Assembly (NCBI GenBank): GCA_038258185.1
Contig: JBBSQD010000006.1
Location: 279 to 64,278, forward strand
Direction of reading: 5' to 3'
Source: Aggregatilineales bacterium
GTDB lineage: Bacteria; Chloroflexota; Anaerolineae; Aggregatilineales; Phototrophicaceae
DNA: 64,000 bases
Shown piece after piece: positions 38,793 through 48,485 of this stretch (the first letter of the stretch is position 1; the number at the start of each line of letters is the position of its first letter). Made by a program: the position numbers and the translations under genes. The notes under the pieces are model-generated. The model was not told the DNA's origin, made no database searches, and saw nothing but the letters and a program-made list of their open reading frames with translations.

Positions 38793-39620
38793 CTACTCCA
38801 GCACTTTCACCGGGTTAGATAGTTCGCCCAATCCATCAATTGTGATTTTGACGACATCGCCGTCTTTCAGATAGCGCTTGGGCTTCATACCTTCACCCAC
38901 GCCATCCGGTGTACCGGTCAGGATGACATCACCGGGTTCCAGTGTGAACATCTGTGAGCAGTAGGAAATCAGATGACGGACGTTGAAGATCATGTCTTTA
39001 GTGTGGCCGTCCTGTACAACTTCGTCATTGACCATCGTCTTGATGTTCAGATTCTGCGGGTCTTCAATCTCATCACGAGTGACCAGATACGGCCCCATCG
39101 GGCAGAAGGTATCCAGGCTTTTGCCGCGTGTCCACTGGCTGTCGATGCGGATCTGCAGGTCACGCGCGGAAACATCATTGGCGATGGTATAGCCATAAAC
39201 ATGATTGAGCGCATCTTCTTCGGTGACGTTGCGGGCGCGTTTGCCAATGACGACCCCCAGCTCACCTTCCCAATCGACTTCATTGGTTATGGCCTTGCTC
39301 CAGCTGATATCCTCACCGGGGGCAATGACCGCGCTGGGGAACTTGGCGAAAATGATCGGCGCGGTGGGGACATCACTGCCGGTTTCTTTGGCATGATCGG
39401 CATAGTTGCGGCCAATGGCAATAATCTTACCCGGGCGCAGCGGAGCCAGAATACGAATATCATCGAGTTTATAGGACATGCTGACGCGGCTGGGGGTAAT
39501 ATTGCGCCGCACCACCTCGTTCATGGTCATCGTGTCGGAGCCCGACAGCATATAAATTTCATCACCATCAATCTCACCCAGTAAGGTGCGGCTATTATGT
39601 GCAAAACGTACCAGTTTCAT
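38793..39620 (-). CDS. Fumarylacetoacetate hydrolase (FAH) family protein
   Basis: KIIAIGRNYADHAKE, WEGELGVVIGKRA and GDVILTGTPDGVG. Confidence 0.9.
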   Translation of the reverse strand: MKLVRFAHNSRTLLGEIDGDEIYMLSGSDTMTMNEVVRRNITPSRVSMSYKLDDIRILAPLRPGKIIAIGRNYADHAKETGSDVPTAPIIFAKFPSAVIAPGEDISWSKAITNEVDWEGELGVVIGKRARNVTEEDALNHVYGYTIANDVSARDLQIRIDSQWTRGKSLDTFCPMGPYLVTRDEIEDPQNLNIKTMVNDEVVQDGHTKDMIFNVRHLISYCSQMFTLEPGDVILTGTPDGVGEGMKPKRYLKDGDVVKITIDGLGELSNPVKVLE

Positions 39621-39851
39621 TTATTGACCACCTTTGAATATTGCAGAAATATCGTAAAACTCTATTTTACCGTATCTTGCCACGATACTGGCGACCAATT
39701 GTCCCCACATGGTCTGTACCACCCCGGTGATTTGTCTTTATACTCAATCCAGTCGATACTGGTAGATAATTTCAAACGCCAATCGCAACCCCAATCAATT
39801 GCCAGGGGATGATCTGACGCTGGTATAGTGCGAAGAAAGCTGGGTGTGAGC

Positions 39852-40550
39852 ATGGATAAACGGTTTCAAATTTTACGCGAACAAATGGTGCGGACTCAGG
39901 TAGAAGCACGGGGTATTGATGACTTTCGTATTCTGGAAGCCATGCGCCAGATTCCGCGGCATGAGTTTGTCCAACCGCAGTACAGCTTCAAAGCCTATGA
40001 AGACACCACCATCCCGTTGCTGGAAAAACAGACGGCTTCCCAGCCTTATGTGATTGCCCTGATGCTGCAAACCCTGGGGCTGCGCGGTGATGAACGCGTG
40101 CTCGAAGTGGGGACCGGTTCTGGTTATCAGACGGCGCTGCTGTGTCATCTGGCCGGGGAAGTTTACACGCTGGAACGTCATGCTCGTTTGGCAGATCGCG
40201 CAGCTCGAACTCTGGGGCGCTTAGGTTATGACAATGTCGATGTGCATATTGGCGATGGCAGTCAGGGATTAGCGGATATGGCACCCTTTGACGCCATTAT
40301 CGTCACAGCAGCCGCTCCCGCGCTGCCTTATCCTCTGCGGGCGCAATTGCATCCCCAGGGTGGCCGTATGATTTTGCCGATTGGCGATTTATACCAGCAA
40401 TATCTGGAATTGGTGACGCGGTTTGGTAAACGGTGGGAAATCGAGCAGATGCGCCGGGTGCGTTTTGCGCCGCTTATCGGACGTTATGGTTTTAAGTCGC
40501 ACGATAAACGGCCCAATAACGATCAGGATGATCGCCTCGCCAGTGTCTGA
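39852..40550 (+). CDS. pcm: Protein-L-isoaspartate O-methyltransferase
   Basis: ILEAMRQIPRHEFV, ASQPYVIALML, VLEVGTGSGYQTALL and DAIIVTAAAP. Confidence 0.9.
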   Translation: MDKRFQILREQMVRTQVEARGIDDFRILEAMRQIPRHEFVQPQYSFKAYEDTTIPLLEKQTASQPYVIALMLQTLGLRGDERVLEVGTGSGYQTALLCHLAGEVYTLERHARLADRAARTLGRLGYDNVDVHIGDGSQGLADMAPFDAIIVTAAAPALPYPLRAQLHPQGGRMILPIGDLYQQYLELVTRFGKRWEIEQMRRVRFAPLIGRYGFKSHDKRPNNDQDDRLASV

Positions 40551-40552
40551 AG

Positions 40553-41410
40553 TTAATCGAGCTGGTGAACGAAGTCGCTGATAAAGCCACCATCATCTGT
40601 AGCCACCAACACCCCGGATAATTTGTGTACCACCAGTTCACCCACATAATTCAGTTGATTTTTGATCTGCTCACGTACCACCAGCATTACTGATTCCCAG
40701 GCAATTCCATCCGGTAGCTGGGGTTCGCGCAGGCTGCGCGTGCTTTCCAGATAAGCCATCACCGGTTCAGCATCATTAAACACAAATGCTCCCGGCAGAT
40801 CATGGCGCACCACCGCATAAAAATGGCGGGAAAGCTGACGCGTGCCACTTTCCAGCGAGAACAGATTGCTGGTGGGCATAGGCACAGTAAACGGCCTGCC
40901 CGGGGCAGTCAGCACCAGAATCGCCCGTTTATACAACTCACGGAACTGTGGCATATTCTCCACGCTGTTGGTGGCCGTGATGAGGATGCCACCCGGTTTG
41001 AGCACACGCCGGAACTCACGAATCGCCCGATCAATGTCGGGCACATGGTAAAGCATATGATTCGCCATGACCACATCGAAAGTGTGCTCGGGGAACGGGA
41101 TTTCCTGCACATCTGCCAGCGCCAGTGAGCGTTGCAGGGGGTGTTTGAGCACCATGCCGGCAGAAAAATCCAACCCGTAATAGCCAATATCCGGGAAGCT
41201 GTTTTTTAATGTCTGGGCATATAAACCGGGGCCACAGCCGACATCCAGCACACGCTCATCCCCGCGCCATGCAATGCGCCGGATGGCCCAATCCCGAAAA
41301 TCAATCTTCGGCACTGAATACTGTTCATGGATGCCATGTCGTACCAGATAGTTTTCGTCATCAGCATACGCTTGTTGACGGAGTGTTTCAGGATCAGTCA
41401 TTGGAAACAT
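40553..41410 (-). CDS. Class I SAM-dependent methyltransferase
   Basis: VLDVGCGPGLY motif I, FDVVMANHMLYHV and LKPGGILI. Confidence 0.85.
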   Translation of the reverse strand: MFPMTDPETLRQQAYADDENYLVRHGIHEQYSVPKIDFRDWAIRRIAWRGDERVLDVGCGPGLYAQTLKNSFPDIGYYGLDFSAGMVLKHPLQRSLALADVQEIPFPEHTFDVVMANHMLYHVPDIDRAIREFRRVLKPGGILITATNSVENMPQFRELYKRAILVLTAPGRPFTVPMPTSNLFSLESGTRQLSRHFYAVVRHDLPGAFVFNDAEPVMAYLESTRSLREPQLPDGIAWESVMLVVREQIKNQLNYVGELVVHKLSGVLVATDDGGFISDFVHQLD

Positions 41411-41539
41411 AAATTTTTCACAGGTTGATGACGGTCTTCGCTATAGTCATAATCTTACAGTGGTTTTATAACAATGCAAATGGCAGGGCTCAGAAATCAG
41501 CAAAATTCATGCCCTATTAGCCAAAACCGCCGCAAGTTA

Positions 41540-42568
41540 TTACTTCACTGCCACAGAAGCCGAGGCTTCTGAAGAGGTATCCGGTTGCGTATTGCTGCTT
41601 TTCATCACATCCCCCAGCGAAACACCCAGCGCGACCAGCCCAATCGTCCCCCAGATAGCATATCCCAGAACGGTGATGCCATGAAACAGAAAGCCCAGCG
41701 GCAGCGACAATGCCGCTGGCAAGCCGACTGCATCACCAGAGAGGCGAACCGCGCCTTCAAATGGCCCGATGGATGCGACACTCACAGGGATGGCGATGGC
41801 GAACGAGGCCAGCGTGATCGACAGCACGGTCATCAGGAAAAGCTGCTCATCAGCACCCAGCGCGCGCGCCATACAATAGAAGGTGCACAGCGAAAGTGTC
41901 CACGAGATAATCGTCCAGCCAATAGCATGCGCCGCGCCGCGCCAGTGCGCCATCGGCTTAATGCCTTCCAGCACACTTTCCAGCAGGCTGTTTAACGGCA
42001 GGCGCTTGAGGAATGGCAGCAGATTTTCGAGGAATTTTAAGATGCTGCGCGGCAACTGTGGCCTGCGGGCAAATACCAGCAGCAGCACCATCGCAATCAC
42101 ACCCGCCGCGCCGAACAATAACGCGGCATTCGACATCTGTGTGGGGACATCCGGCAATTGAGTCAGCGCCAGCGCTAACCAGATGACCACCAGCAGCACA
42201 TCCAGCAACCGTTCCACCAGAATGCTGGTGGCAGCAGTCACAAAAGATACGCCAGACCGCGTGACCAGTGCACTGCGGGCGACTTCTCCCGCACGCAGCG
42301 GAAGCTGATTGATGAGCATGGCGATATTAAGCATGTGAAACGCCTGCATGGTTTCGATGCGGTTATCCAGCAAACCCCGCCAGCGGATCGCGCGTGTCCA
42401 CAAGCCACCCGTGATAAAAATCAGGCTGATGAAAATCCAGCGCAGGTCGGCCTGACGGATGCTATCGATAATCTGTTGGCGGGTTTCGGGTGTGACATCG
42501 CGCAGTGCCAGCCATAAGAATAAGGCACTCACGAGAATACTGGCGATGAGAAACAAGGCACGGCGCAT
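41540..42568 (-). CDS. Flippase-like membrane protein (UPF0104 / lysylphosphatidylglycerol-synthase TM-region family)
   Basis: About 8 hydrophobic helices. The N-terminus RRALFLIASILVSALFLWLALRDV and WTRAIRWRGLL are typical of this family. Confidence 0.7.
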   Translation of the reverse strand: MRRALFLIASILVSALFLWLALRDVTPETRQQIIDSIRQADLRWIFISLIFITGGLWTRAIRWRGLLDNRIETMQAFHMLNIAMLINQLPLRAGEVARSALVTRSGVSFVTAATSILVERLLDVLLVVIWLALALTQLPDVPTQMSNAALLFGAAGVIAMVLLLVFARRPQLPRSILKFLENLLPFLKRLPLNSLLESVLEGIKPMAHWRGAAHAIGWTIISWTLSLCTFYCMARALGADEQLFLMTVLSITLASFAIAIPVSVASIGPFEGAVRLSGDAVGLPAALSLPLGFLFHGITVLGYAIWGTIGLVALGVSLGDVMKSSNTQPDTSSEASASVAVK

Positions 42569-42620
42569 AGGATTACCCTTTAATGGCTAAATTCTGAACA
42601 GATGCTGCACAAGCTTTCTT

Positions 42621-42738
42621 ACCCCTCACCCCTTAATCCCCTCTCCCACAAGAGGCGAGGGGACTTTCAAGTCCCGTTATGAACCGACTAATTCTCCCTT
42701 TCTCCCCTGGTGGGAGAAAGGGTTGGGGATAGAGGGGC
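42621..42738. repeat. Two adjacent GC-rich hairpin repeat units (PSPxGEG-type short interspersed repeat family)
   Basis: Unit 1 is acccctcaccccttaatcccctctcccacaagaggcgagggga. Unit 2 is ctccctttctcccctggtgggagaaagggttggggatagagggg, with an 11-bp stem ccctttctccc/gggagaaaggg. Related copies lie at 55349-55386 and 55568-55626. Confidence 0.75.
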
Positions 42739-42855
42739 AAAATAAACAACTCGCCATCATGCTAACAGCTTAATGTCCCCGGCTTACACTTGCCTAAACA
42801 GCTCTGGCTCACAAAACTTGCTGAATAACGCTGTTCGCGCTTACGCTGGAGATGG

Positions 42856-43251
42856 TTAATCCTGGAGCAACCATTGAATTGCGCTGCTTTCGGAGGCGAA
42901 CACATCGCGCTGGCGGTAATGGTTGGAACTGCGTATCACCAGCGAAATCACCTGTGCGGCCAGACGGCTGCCAATCAGGATGCTCAACCGTCCACGGACT
43001 TCAGGTCGCATCTGTGATAGTTCCCGTGCGCGGCGCAGCCCATAGGCGCTGACGATGTTGCCATGCAGCGAGATATCCAGCAGCATGCGCCAGGTCTGAT
43101 CCGGCGGCCAGTCGCTCAACTCCGCTGCAATATCCACCGCCCATAAATCAATGGTTGTGGGAGATGTGTTTTGGAAGCGATAACAGAGGATGCGCCCATC
43201 TGAAATCCACTCTTTGCGATAAGCTGTGCTGGCTTCGATTTCAGACATCAA
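42856..43251 (-). CDS. Hypothetical protein (131 aa) co-transcribed with a response regulator
   Basis: The ORF overlaps the upstream response regulator stop by 11 nt. I recognised no family with confidence. Confidence 0.55.
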   Translation of the reverse strand: MMSEIEASTAYRKEWISDGRILCYRFQNTSPTTIDLWAVDIAAELSDWPPDQTWRMLLDISLHGNIVSAYGLRRARELSQMRPEVRGRLSILIGSRLAAQVISLVIRSSNHYRQRDVFASESSAIQWLLQD

Positions 43252-43960
43252 ATTTATAACCTACGCCCCAGACTGTCTGGATAAAAAGCGGCTTGGCCGG
43301 GTCAGGCTCGATCTTTTCGCGCAGGCGGCGCACATGCACTGTGACCGTGCTGGAATCGCCATAAAACTCGTAACCCCACACCTGATCCAGCAATTGATCG
43401 CGCGTGAAAACCTGGCGCGAATTGGATGCCAGAAACCACATCAGGTCAAACTCTTTGGCTGTCAGAGAAATCGGGCGATTATCCACCAGAACTTCACGCG
43501 TGCGCGGGTCGATATACAAGCGTTCGAATTGCAAAGGGCGCTCGGCAGAACCTGAGGAATGCGCGTAAGTGCGGCGTAAAACTGCCCGCACGCGTGCAAC
43601 CAGTTCCTGCGGGCTGAAGGGCTTGGTCACATAATCATCCGCGCCTAATTCAAAGCCCTGAATGCGATCATATTCCCCGGTACGGGCGGTCAGGATGATG
43701 ATGGGCACTTCATGTTCGGTCACCAGCGTGCCTGAGCTATCACCTTCACGCAGCCGACGCGTAATGGTCAGACCGTCAATACCGGGCAGCATGATATCCA
43801 GCACCAGCAGATCGGGCGGCTCTTTGCGAATGAGATCGAGCGCAGTCGTGCCATCTGCCGCTTCCATAACCTGATAACCATCCCGTTCCAGATAGCGGCG
43901 CACAACTTCGCGGATAGTGGGTTCATCATCAACCACCAGAATCGTGTGGGATTGCCTCAT
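43241..43960 (-). CDS. OmpR/PhoB-family response regulator
   Basis: ILVVDDEP, LVLDIMLPGIDG, ILTA and a winged-helix domain with VWGVGYKF. No kinase gene is adjacent. Confidence 0.95.
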   Translation of the reverse strand: MRQSHTILVVDDEPTIREVVRRYLERDGYQVMEAADGTTALDLIRKEPPDLLVLDIMLPGIDGLTITRRLREGDSSGTLVTEHEVPIIILTARTGEYDRIQGFELGADDYVTKPFSPQELVARVRAVLRRTYAHSSGSAERPLQFERLYIDPRTREVLVDNRPISLTAKEFDLMWFLASNSRQVFTRDQLLDQVWGYEFYGDSSTVTVHVRRLREKIEPDPAKPLFIQTVWGVGYKFDV

Positions 43961-44122
43961 CAGAAAGTTTACTCACTTTTACCCATAGATTTATTTTCAG
44001 CCCAAATCAGGCTCTCGTAACCTTCACGTAAGCATTTACTGTTTCAATTCATCTTGATTGTGCGAGAGTACCTGACTATCGATATTGTAGTATATATCAC
44101 AATAAATTGTCACTATCTGGAG

Positions 44123-44767
44123 ATGATGATGCGAAAATTTTTGACCCTGGCCGTTCTTTTGACTTTGCTTGTAACCGCCTGTGCCCAGCAATCAACTCCT
44201 GCGACTGAGTCAATCGTTGAAGTCACATTGCCGCCAACCGAAATCCCGCAGGATACCGATCCCGCAACGCCTACGGCTGAAATCGCGGCTGCGCAGGAAG
44301 CGGAGCAACCCGTCGCCAATATAGATATTCCGGCGATCCAGAACGTATCGTTGGTAAATGCCGCCACGGGCGAAACTTTTACACTGGCGGATTTCGAGGG
44401 CAAGACCGTGCTGGTAGAGCCGATGGCGACCTGGTGCACCAACTGTCGCGCACAGTTAGGCAATGTCATCCGCGCGAAAAGTCAGTTGGGCAGCGATTTT
44501 GTCTTTGTCGGTTTGAGCGTGGGCGAAAATATCACGGATAGCGATCTGGCCACTTATGCCACCCGTCAGGGTTTTGATCTGGTGTTCGCGGTGGCGACTT
44601 CCGAAATGCTCACTGAGCTGACCAGCAACTTTGGTCGTGCCTCCCTGACGCCGCCCTCTACACCGCATTTTATCATCCGGCCTGATGGCAGCATGACCGA
44701 CTTGTTTACAGGCTCTAAAAATTCAGATACGCTCGTGTCACTGCTCAATGAAGCTGCTGGAGCTTAA
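44123..44767 (+). CDS. TlpA-like thioredoxin-fold lipoprotein (thiol:disulfide oxidoreductase)
   Basis: Lipoprotein signal MMMRKFLTLAVLLTLLVTAC. The CxxC active site is ATWCTNCRAQ. It lies upstream of ccdA. Confidence 0.8.
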   Translation: MMMRKFLTLAVLLTLLVTACAQQSTPATESIVEVTLPPTEIPQDTDPATPTAEIAAAQEAEQPVANIDIPAIQNVSLVNAATGETFTLADFEGKTVLVEPMATWCTNCRAQLGNVIRAKSQLGSDFVFVGLSVGENITDSDLATYATRQGFDLVFAVATSEMLTELTSNFGRASLTPPSTPHFIIRPDGSMTDLFTGSKNSDTLVSLLNEAAGA

Positions 44768-44769
44768 GT

Positions 44770-45564
44770 GTGTCCGAGTTATTGACTGCATTCACGCTGG
44801 GGAACGCCGCCATTCTGACGAATGTCTGTATGCTGCCCCTGTATCCCGGCCTGATCGCGTTTCTGGCCGGGACAGCCGATAGTCAACGCTCCCGGCTGAC
44901 CACCGGCTTGCTGGGTGCGGTGGTGCTGGCGGGTATCCTCAGCATGATGATCCTGATCGGGTTGGTGCTGCATGTGACTCAGGCGTTTTTCGGGAGCATT
45001 TTTAATATCCTGCTGCCGGTGATTTACATCATCGTGATCGTGCTGGGTGTGCTGCTGCTGATTGGCCGCAGTCCGTTTGCAAAATTGCAGACCGCCCAGG
45101 CACCGATGCTGCGCAATCCGTATATCACGGCTTACGTCTATGGCCTGCTGTTCGGGCCGATGACACTGCCCTGCACCGGGCCGATTATCGTCACGGCGTT
45201 TGCGACCGGAGCCGGAGACGCCGGGATGCTGCTGGATGGCATCGTCTATTTTCTGGCGTTTGGGCTGGGATTTGGCTGGCCGTTAGTGCTGCTCCCGCTA
45301 TTGGCGTTGCCCGTTCAGCGGCGTTTCGTCAGTTGGCTGACTCACAACCACCTGCTGCTTAATCGGGTGTCTGGCATTCTGCTGATCAGTGTAGGCATCT
45401 TCGGCTTTATCAGCGAACTGCTGCCGCTGTGGATTGACGGTTTCGAGCCGACCGGGGCGCTGATCGCACTCTACTGGCTGATCGTCATCCTGATCGCAGG
45501 CGCGGTCATCTACGTGACGCGCCGTGAAACTCACACCCCCGAACAAAGCATCAACGCCGCATAA
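44770..45564 (+). CDS. ccdA: Cytochrome c biogenesis / thiol:disulfide electron-transfer protein CcdA (DsbD transmembrane family)
   Basis: Two conserved membrane Cys motifs are present (NVCMLPLYPG and LPCTGPI), with six hydrophobic helices. Confidence 0.85.
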   Translation: MSELLTAFTLGNAAILTNVCMLPLYPGLIAFLAGTADSQRSRLTTGLLGAVVLAGILSMMILIGLVLHVTQAFFGSIFNILLPVIYIIVIVLGVLLLIGRSPFAKLQTAQAPMLRNPYITAYVYGLLFGPMTLPCTGPIIVTAFATGAGDAGMLLDGIVYFLAFGLGFGWPLVLLPLLALPVQRRFVSWLTHNHLLLNRVSGILLISVGIFGFISELLPLWIDGFEPTGALIALYWLIVILIAGAVIYVTRRETHTPEQSINAA

Positions 45565-45570
45565 CCCTCG

Positions 45571-45621
45571 ACAGCAGCTTTTCTCGATTGATGTGTGATG
45601 TCGGGGAAGTTGCTGTTTTAT
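45571..45621 (+). terminator. Candidate terminator after ccdA
   Basis: 10-bp stem acagcagctt/aagttgctgt with one G-U pair and a long loop, followed by tttatt. Confidence 0.4.
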
Positions 45622-45822
45622 TGGGCGAACAAATTGAGTTTGTCATAATTATTTTCAGTCCAGCAAAACTTATAGACAACCCTCCAAAATTCTGCTATGC
45701 TGTGAAGCATGATTTACTTCTCGTATCATAAAACACTCGCATTTATCCGTCTGTCGTCCACTTCAGGCGCTCCGGGGGATAGGTGCGCCTGCTAACTGGT
45801 ACGTAATGTAATTTGTAATTTT

Positions 45823-45857
45823 ACGGCTGTAGGCGTGACTGCTTGCAGCCGTTTTGA
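45823..45857 (+). terminator. Terminator-like hairpin inside the 5' leader of the ABC-F gene (attenuator candidate)
   Basis: 12-bp stem 45823-45834/45841-45852 with two G-U pairs and the loop gtgact, followed by ttttgattc. It lies about 80 nt upstream of the ABC-F start codon. Confidence 0.55.
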
Positions 45858-45930
45858 TTCTGGCATTGGGTGAATCTGGCATGGGCAATCACGCTTCCAG
45901 CCCATCATGGGATATTTTACGGAGGAACTC

Positions 45931-47583
45931 ATGCACATTATCAATATCAACACCATCACCGTCAACCACGCCGGTCGGCAAATCTTCAGCGAACTGACAT
46001 GGGCCATTGGCGATCATGACCGAGTCGGTCTGGTCGGCCCCAACGGTGTGGGCAAATCCACCCTGCTCAAAGCCATCATGGGCGAAGTCCAGCCGGATAC
46101 CGGCAGCATCAGCCGGATACGCGGCGTGACCGTGGGCTATCTGCCGCAGCAGGTGGAACTCACACCTGGGCGGCAACTCTTGCAGGAAGCCCTCACGCCA
46201 CCCCCCGAACTGGCCGCTGTCGAAGCCGAACTGACGCGCATCGAAGCGCAGTTAGGTGATCCTGATGTCTATAACAGTGAGAGCAAACTCACCCGCGTAC
46301 TGCGTCATCAGGAGAAGATTCTGCTGGAATATGAGCGTCTGGGTGGGCCGCGCCACGAAAGTCTGGTCAAGGAACTGCTGGCGCATCTGGGTTTTACAGC
46401 CGACGACTACGACTTACCCACTGATACCCTCAGTGGCGGTCAGAAAAAGCTGGTTATGCTGGCGCGTCTGGCGGCTGAGACTCCGTCCGTGCTGTTGCTG
46501 GATGAACCAGATAATCATCTCGATCTGGAAGCCAAGCATCATCTGGAAAATTTCATCAGGAGTTATGGCGGCTCCGTGATCATCGTGTCGCATGATCGTT
46601 ATCTGCTGGATGCCGTCGCGCTGGAAATTGCCGAAATGGAAGATGGCAAGCTCAACCTGTATCCCGGCAATTACACCGCGTATACCACTGAGCGTGAACT
46701 GCGCCGCATGCGCCAGCAGCAGATGTTTATCGCGCAGCAAAAACGCATCCAGCAGATTGAGGAAGCCATCAAAGAGTGGGAACTCAAAGCGCGTAATGAC
46801 CTCAATGAACGCCATGCACGGCAGGCGGCCAGTCGGCGCAAAATGCTGGCGCGGATGGAAGAAAGCGGCGATATGGTCGAGCGCGTCTATGAACGCCGCC
46901 AGATGGAACTTCAGCTTGAAGGCTGGCGCGGCAGCACCAAAGCGCTGGAAATCATTGATCTGTGCATGGGGTTTGGGGATGATCTGCTGTTCATGGATTT
47001 GAATCTGCTGGTGCGGCATGGTGAGCGCATCGGCCTGATTGGCCCCAACGGTGCCGGAAAATCGGTTTTGTTCCGCCTGATTCTGGGCCAGCATGAACCG
47101 TTAGATGGACTGATTAAAGTTGGCCCCAGCACACGCATCGGTTACTATTCACAGGAACATGAAACACTCAGCGATTGGTTGACGCGCACACCGCTGGATC
47201 GCATCCGTGATATCAAGCCCATGAGCGAGGGCGAGGCAGTCAGCTTTCTGCTCAAGTTCCAGTTGAAATACGACCAGTTACGCATGCCAGTCGGTACCAT
47301 GAGCGGTGGTGAACGCAGCCGCCTGCAACTGGCCGCGCTGATGCTGGAACAGCCCAATCTGCTGCTGCTAGACGAGCCAACCAATAATCTGGACATTCCC
47401 TCAACCGAAGCGCTGGACGCCGCGCTGGAGGACTTTGAAGGGGCTATCCTGACCATTTCTCATGATCGTTACTTTCTCGACCGCACGATTGACCGGGTGG
47501 TCGAACTGGACGAGGGTACACTGACGACCTATACTGGCGGCTACACGGATTATCTGACGGCTACCGGGCGCGCTTTTGCCTGA
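45931..47583 (+). CDS. ABC-F family ATPase (two ABC domains, no TM domain)
   Basis: Two Walker A motifs (GPNGVGKST, GPNGAGKS) and two signature motifs (LSGGQKK, MSGGERS). A long Arg/Lys/Gln-rich interdomain linker is present. GGAGG lies 5 nt upstream of the ATG at 45931. Confidence 0.9.
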   Translation: MHIININTITVNHAGRQIFSELTWAIGDHDRVGLVGPNGVGKSTLLKAIMGEVQPDTGSISRIRGVTVGYLPQQVELTPGRQLLQEALTPPPELAAVEAELTRIEAQLGDPDVYNSESKLTRVLRHQEKILLEYERLGGPRHESLVKELLAHLGFTADDYDLPTDTLSGGQKKLVMLARLAAETPSVLLLDEPDNHLDLEAKHHLENFIRSYGGSVIIVSHDRYLLDAVALEIAEMEDGKLNLYPGNYTAYTTERELRRMRQQQMFIAQQKRIQQIEEAIKEWELKARNDLNERHARQAASRRKMLARMEESGDMVERVYERRQMELQLEGWRGSTKALEIIDLCMGFGDDLLFMDLNLLVRHGERIGLIGPNGAGKSVLFRLILGQHEPLDGLIKVGPSTRIGYYSQEHETLSDWLTRTPLDRIRDIKPMSEGEAVSFLLKFQLKYDQLRMPVGTMSGGERSRLQLAALMLEQPNLLLLDEPTNNLDIPSTEALDAALEDFEGAILTISHDRYFLDRTIDRVVELDEGTLTTYTGGYTDYLTATGRAFA

Positions 47584-47646
47584 AAACAAACGCAGCCATC
47601 AGCCCGAAAATCCGTAAGCCACGCTTAATGCTGAAGGATAAGATTG

Positions 47647-48459
47647 ATGCCTGCGATTTATACAATGGGTGATATTCACGGTCATTATCAGCAGATGATG
47701 ACTCTGTTACGGGTTAATCACCTGATCGATGCTGAAGATCACTGGTGCGGCGGCACAGATGCCCTCTGGTTCGCGGGCGATTTTTTCGACCGTGGGCCAG
47801 ATGGCGCTCCTGTCGTGGAGGCCATCATGCGCCTCCAGCGTGAGGCGCAGGCCGCTGGCGGCGAGATCAAAGCCGTGCTGGGCAATCACGATGTGTTGCT
47901 GTTATCGGTGGTGCGCTTTGGTAAATACAATCAGGCCATCATCGACGCGGTAACCAGCGGCAAAATGCCCCGGCTCAGTCAGTTGGATTGGTTTACGGCA
48001 GGTTGGATTAATAACGGCGGTGTACCGAATGATCTGGGGCGCTTAACGTCTGTCCACATCGACTGGTTAAGCGCGTTACCGGCGATGTTTTTGCAGCACG
48101 GTTACCTCTTTTTCCATGCTGACTCGTCACTGTATCTGCATTACGGCACCCGTGTAGACGATGTCAATGCGGCATTTAAGGCTATTATTGAGAGCGATGA
48201 TCGCGAGGCGTGGGATTTGCTGCTCGATCAGTTCAGCGAGCATAAAGCCTTTATGAGCAATATGTCCAAAGTGCGGCTGTTTCAAACGGTCTTCGGCGGC
48301 AAGCAGATTATTCATGGGCATACACCCATCATGAACGCCACCAATCAACCGCCCAAAACCGTGACCGAACCCTACTTGTATGCCAGCGAGCGCTGCATCA
48401 ATATCGATCACGGCCTTTATCGCGGTGGGCCGGGGTTCATCTATCAGTTAAACGTGTAA
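47647..48459 (+). CDS. Metallophosphoesterase (PPP/ApaH-like Ser/Thr phosphatase family)
   Basis: GDIHGH, GDFFDRGPDG, GNHD and GHTP. Confidence 0.85.
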   Translation: MPAIYTMGDIHGHYQQMMTLLRVNHLIDAEDHWCGGTDALWFAGDFFDRGPDGAPVVEAIMRLQREAQAAGGEIKAVLGNHDVLLLSVVRFGKYNQAIIDAVTSGKMPRLSQLDWFTAGWINNGGVPNDLGRLTSVHIDWLSALPAMFLQHGYLFFHADSSLYLHYGTRVDDVNAAFKAIIESDDREAWDLLLDQFSEHKAFMSNMSKVRLFQTVFGGKQIIHGHTPIMNATNQPPKTVTEPYLYASERCINIDHGLYRGGPGFIYQLNV

Positions 48460-48485
48460 AACAATATCAGGCGCAGCAGGTTACC

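Noticed and set aside
46414-47094. 226-aa minus-strand ORF within the ABC-F gene.
   Set aside because: It is an antisense shadow ORF. The plus strand carries Walker and signature motifs.
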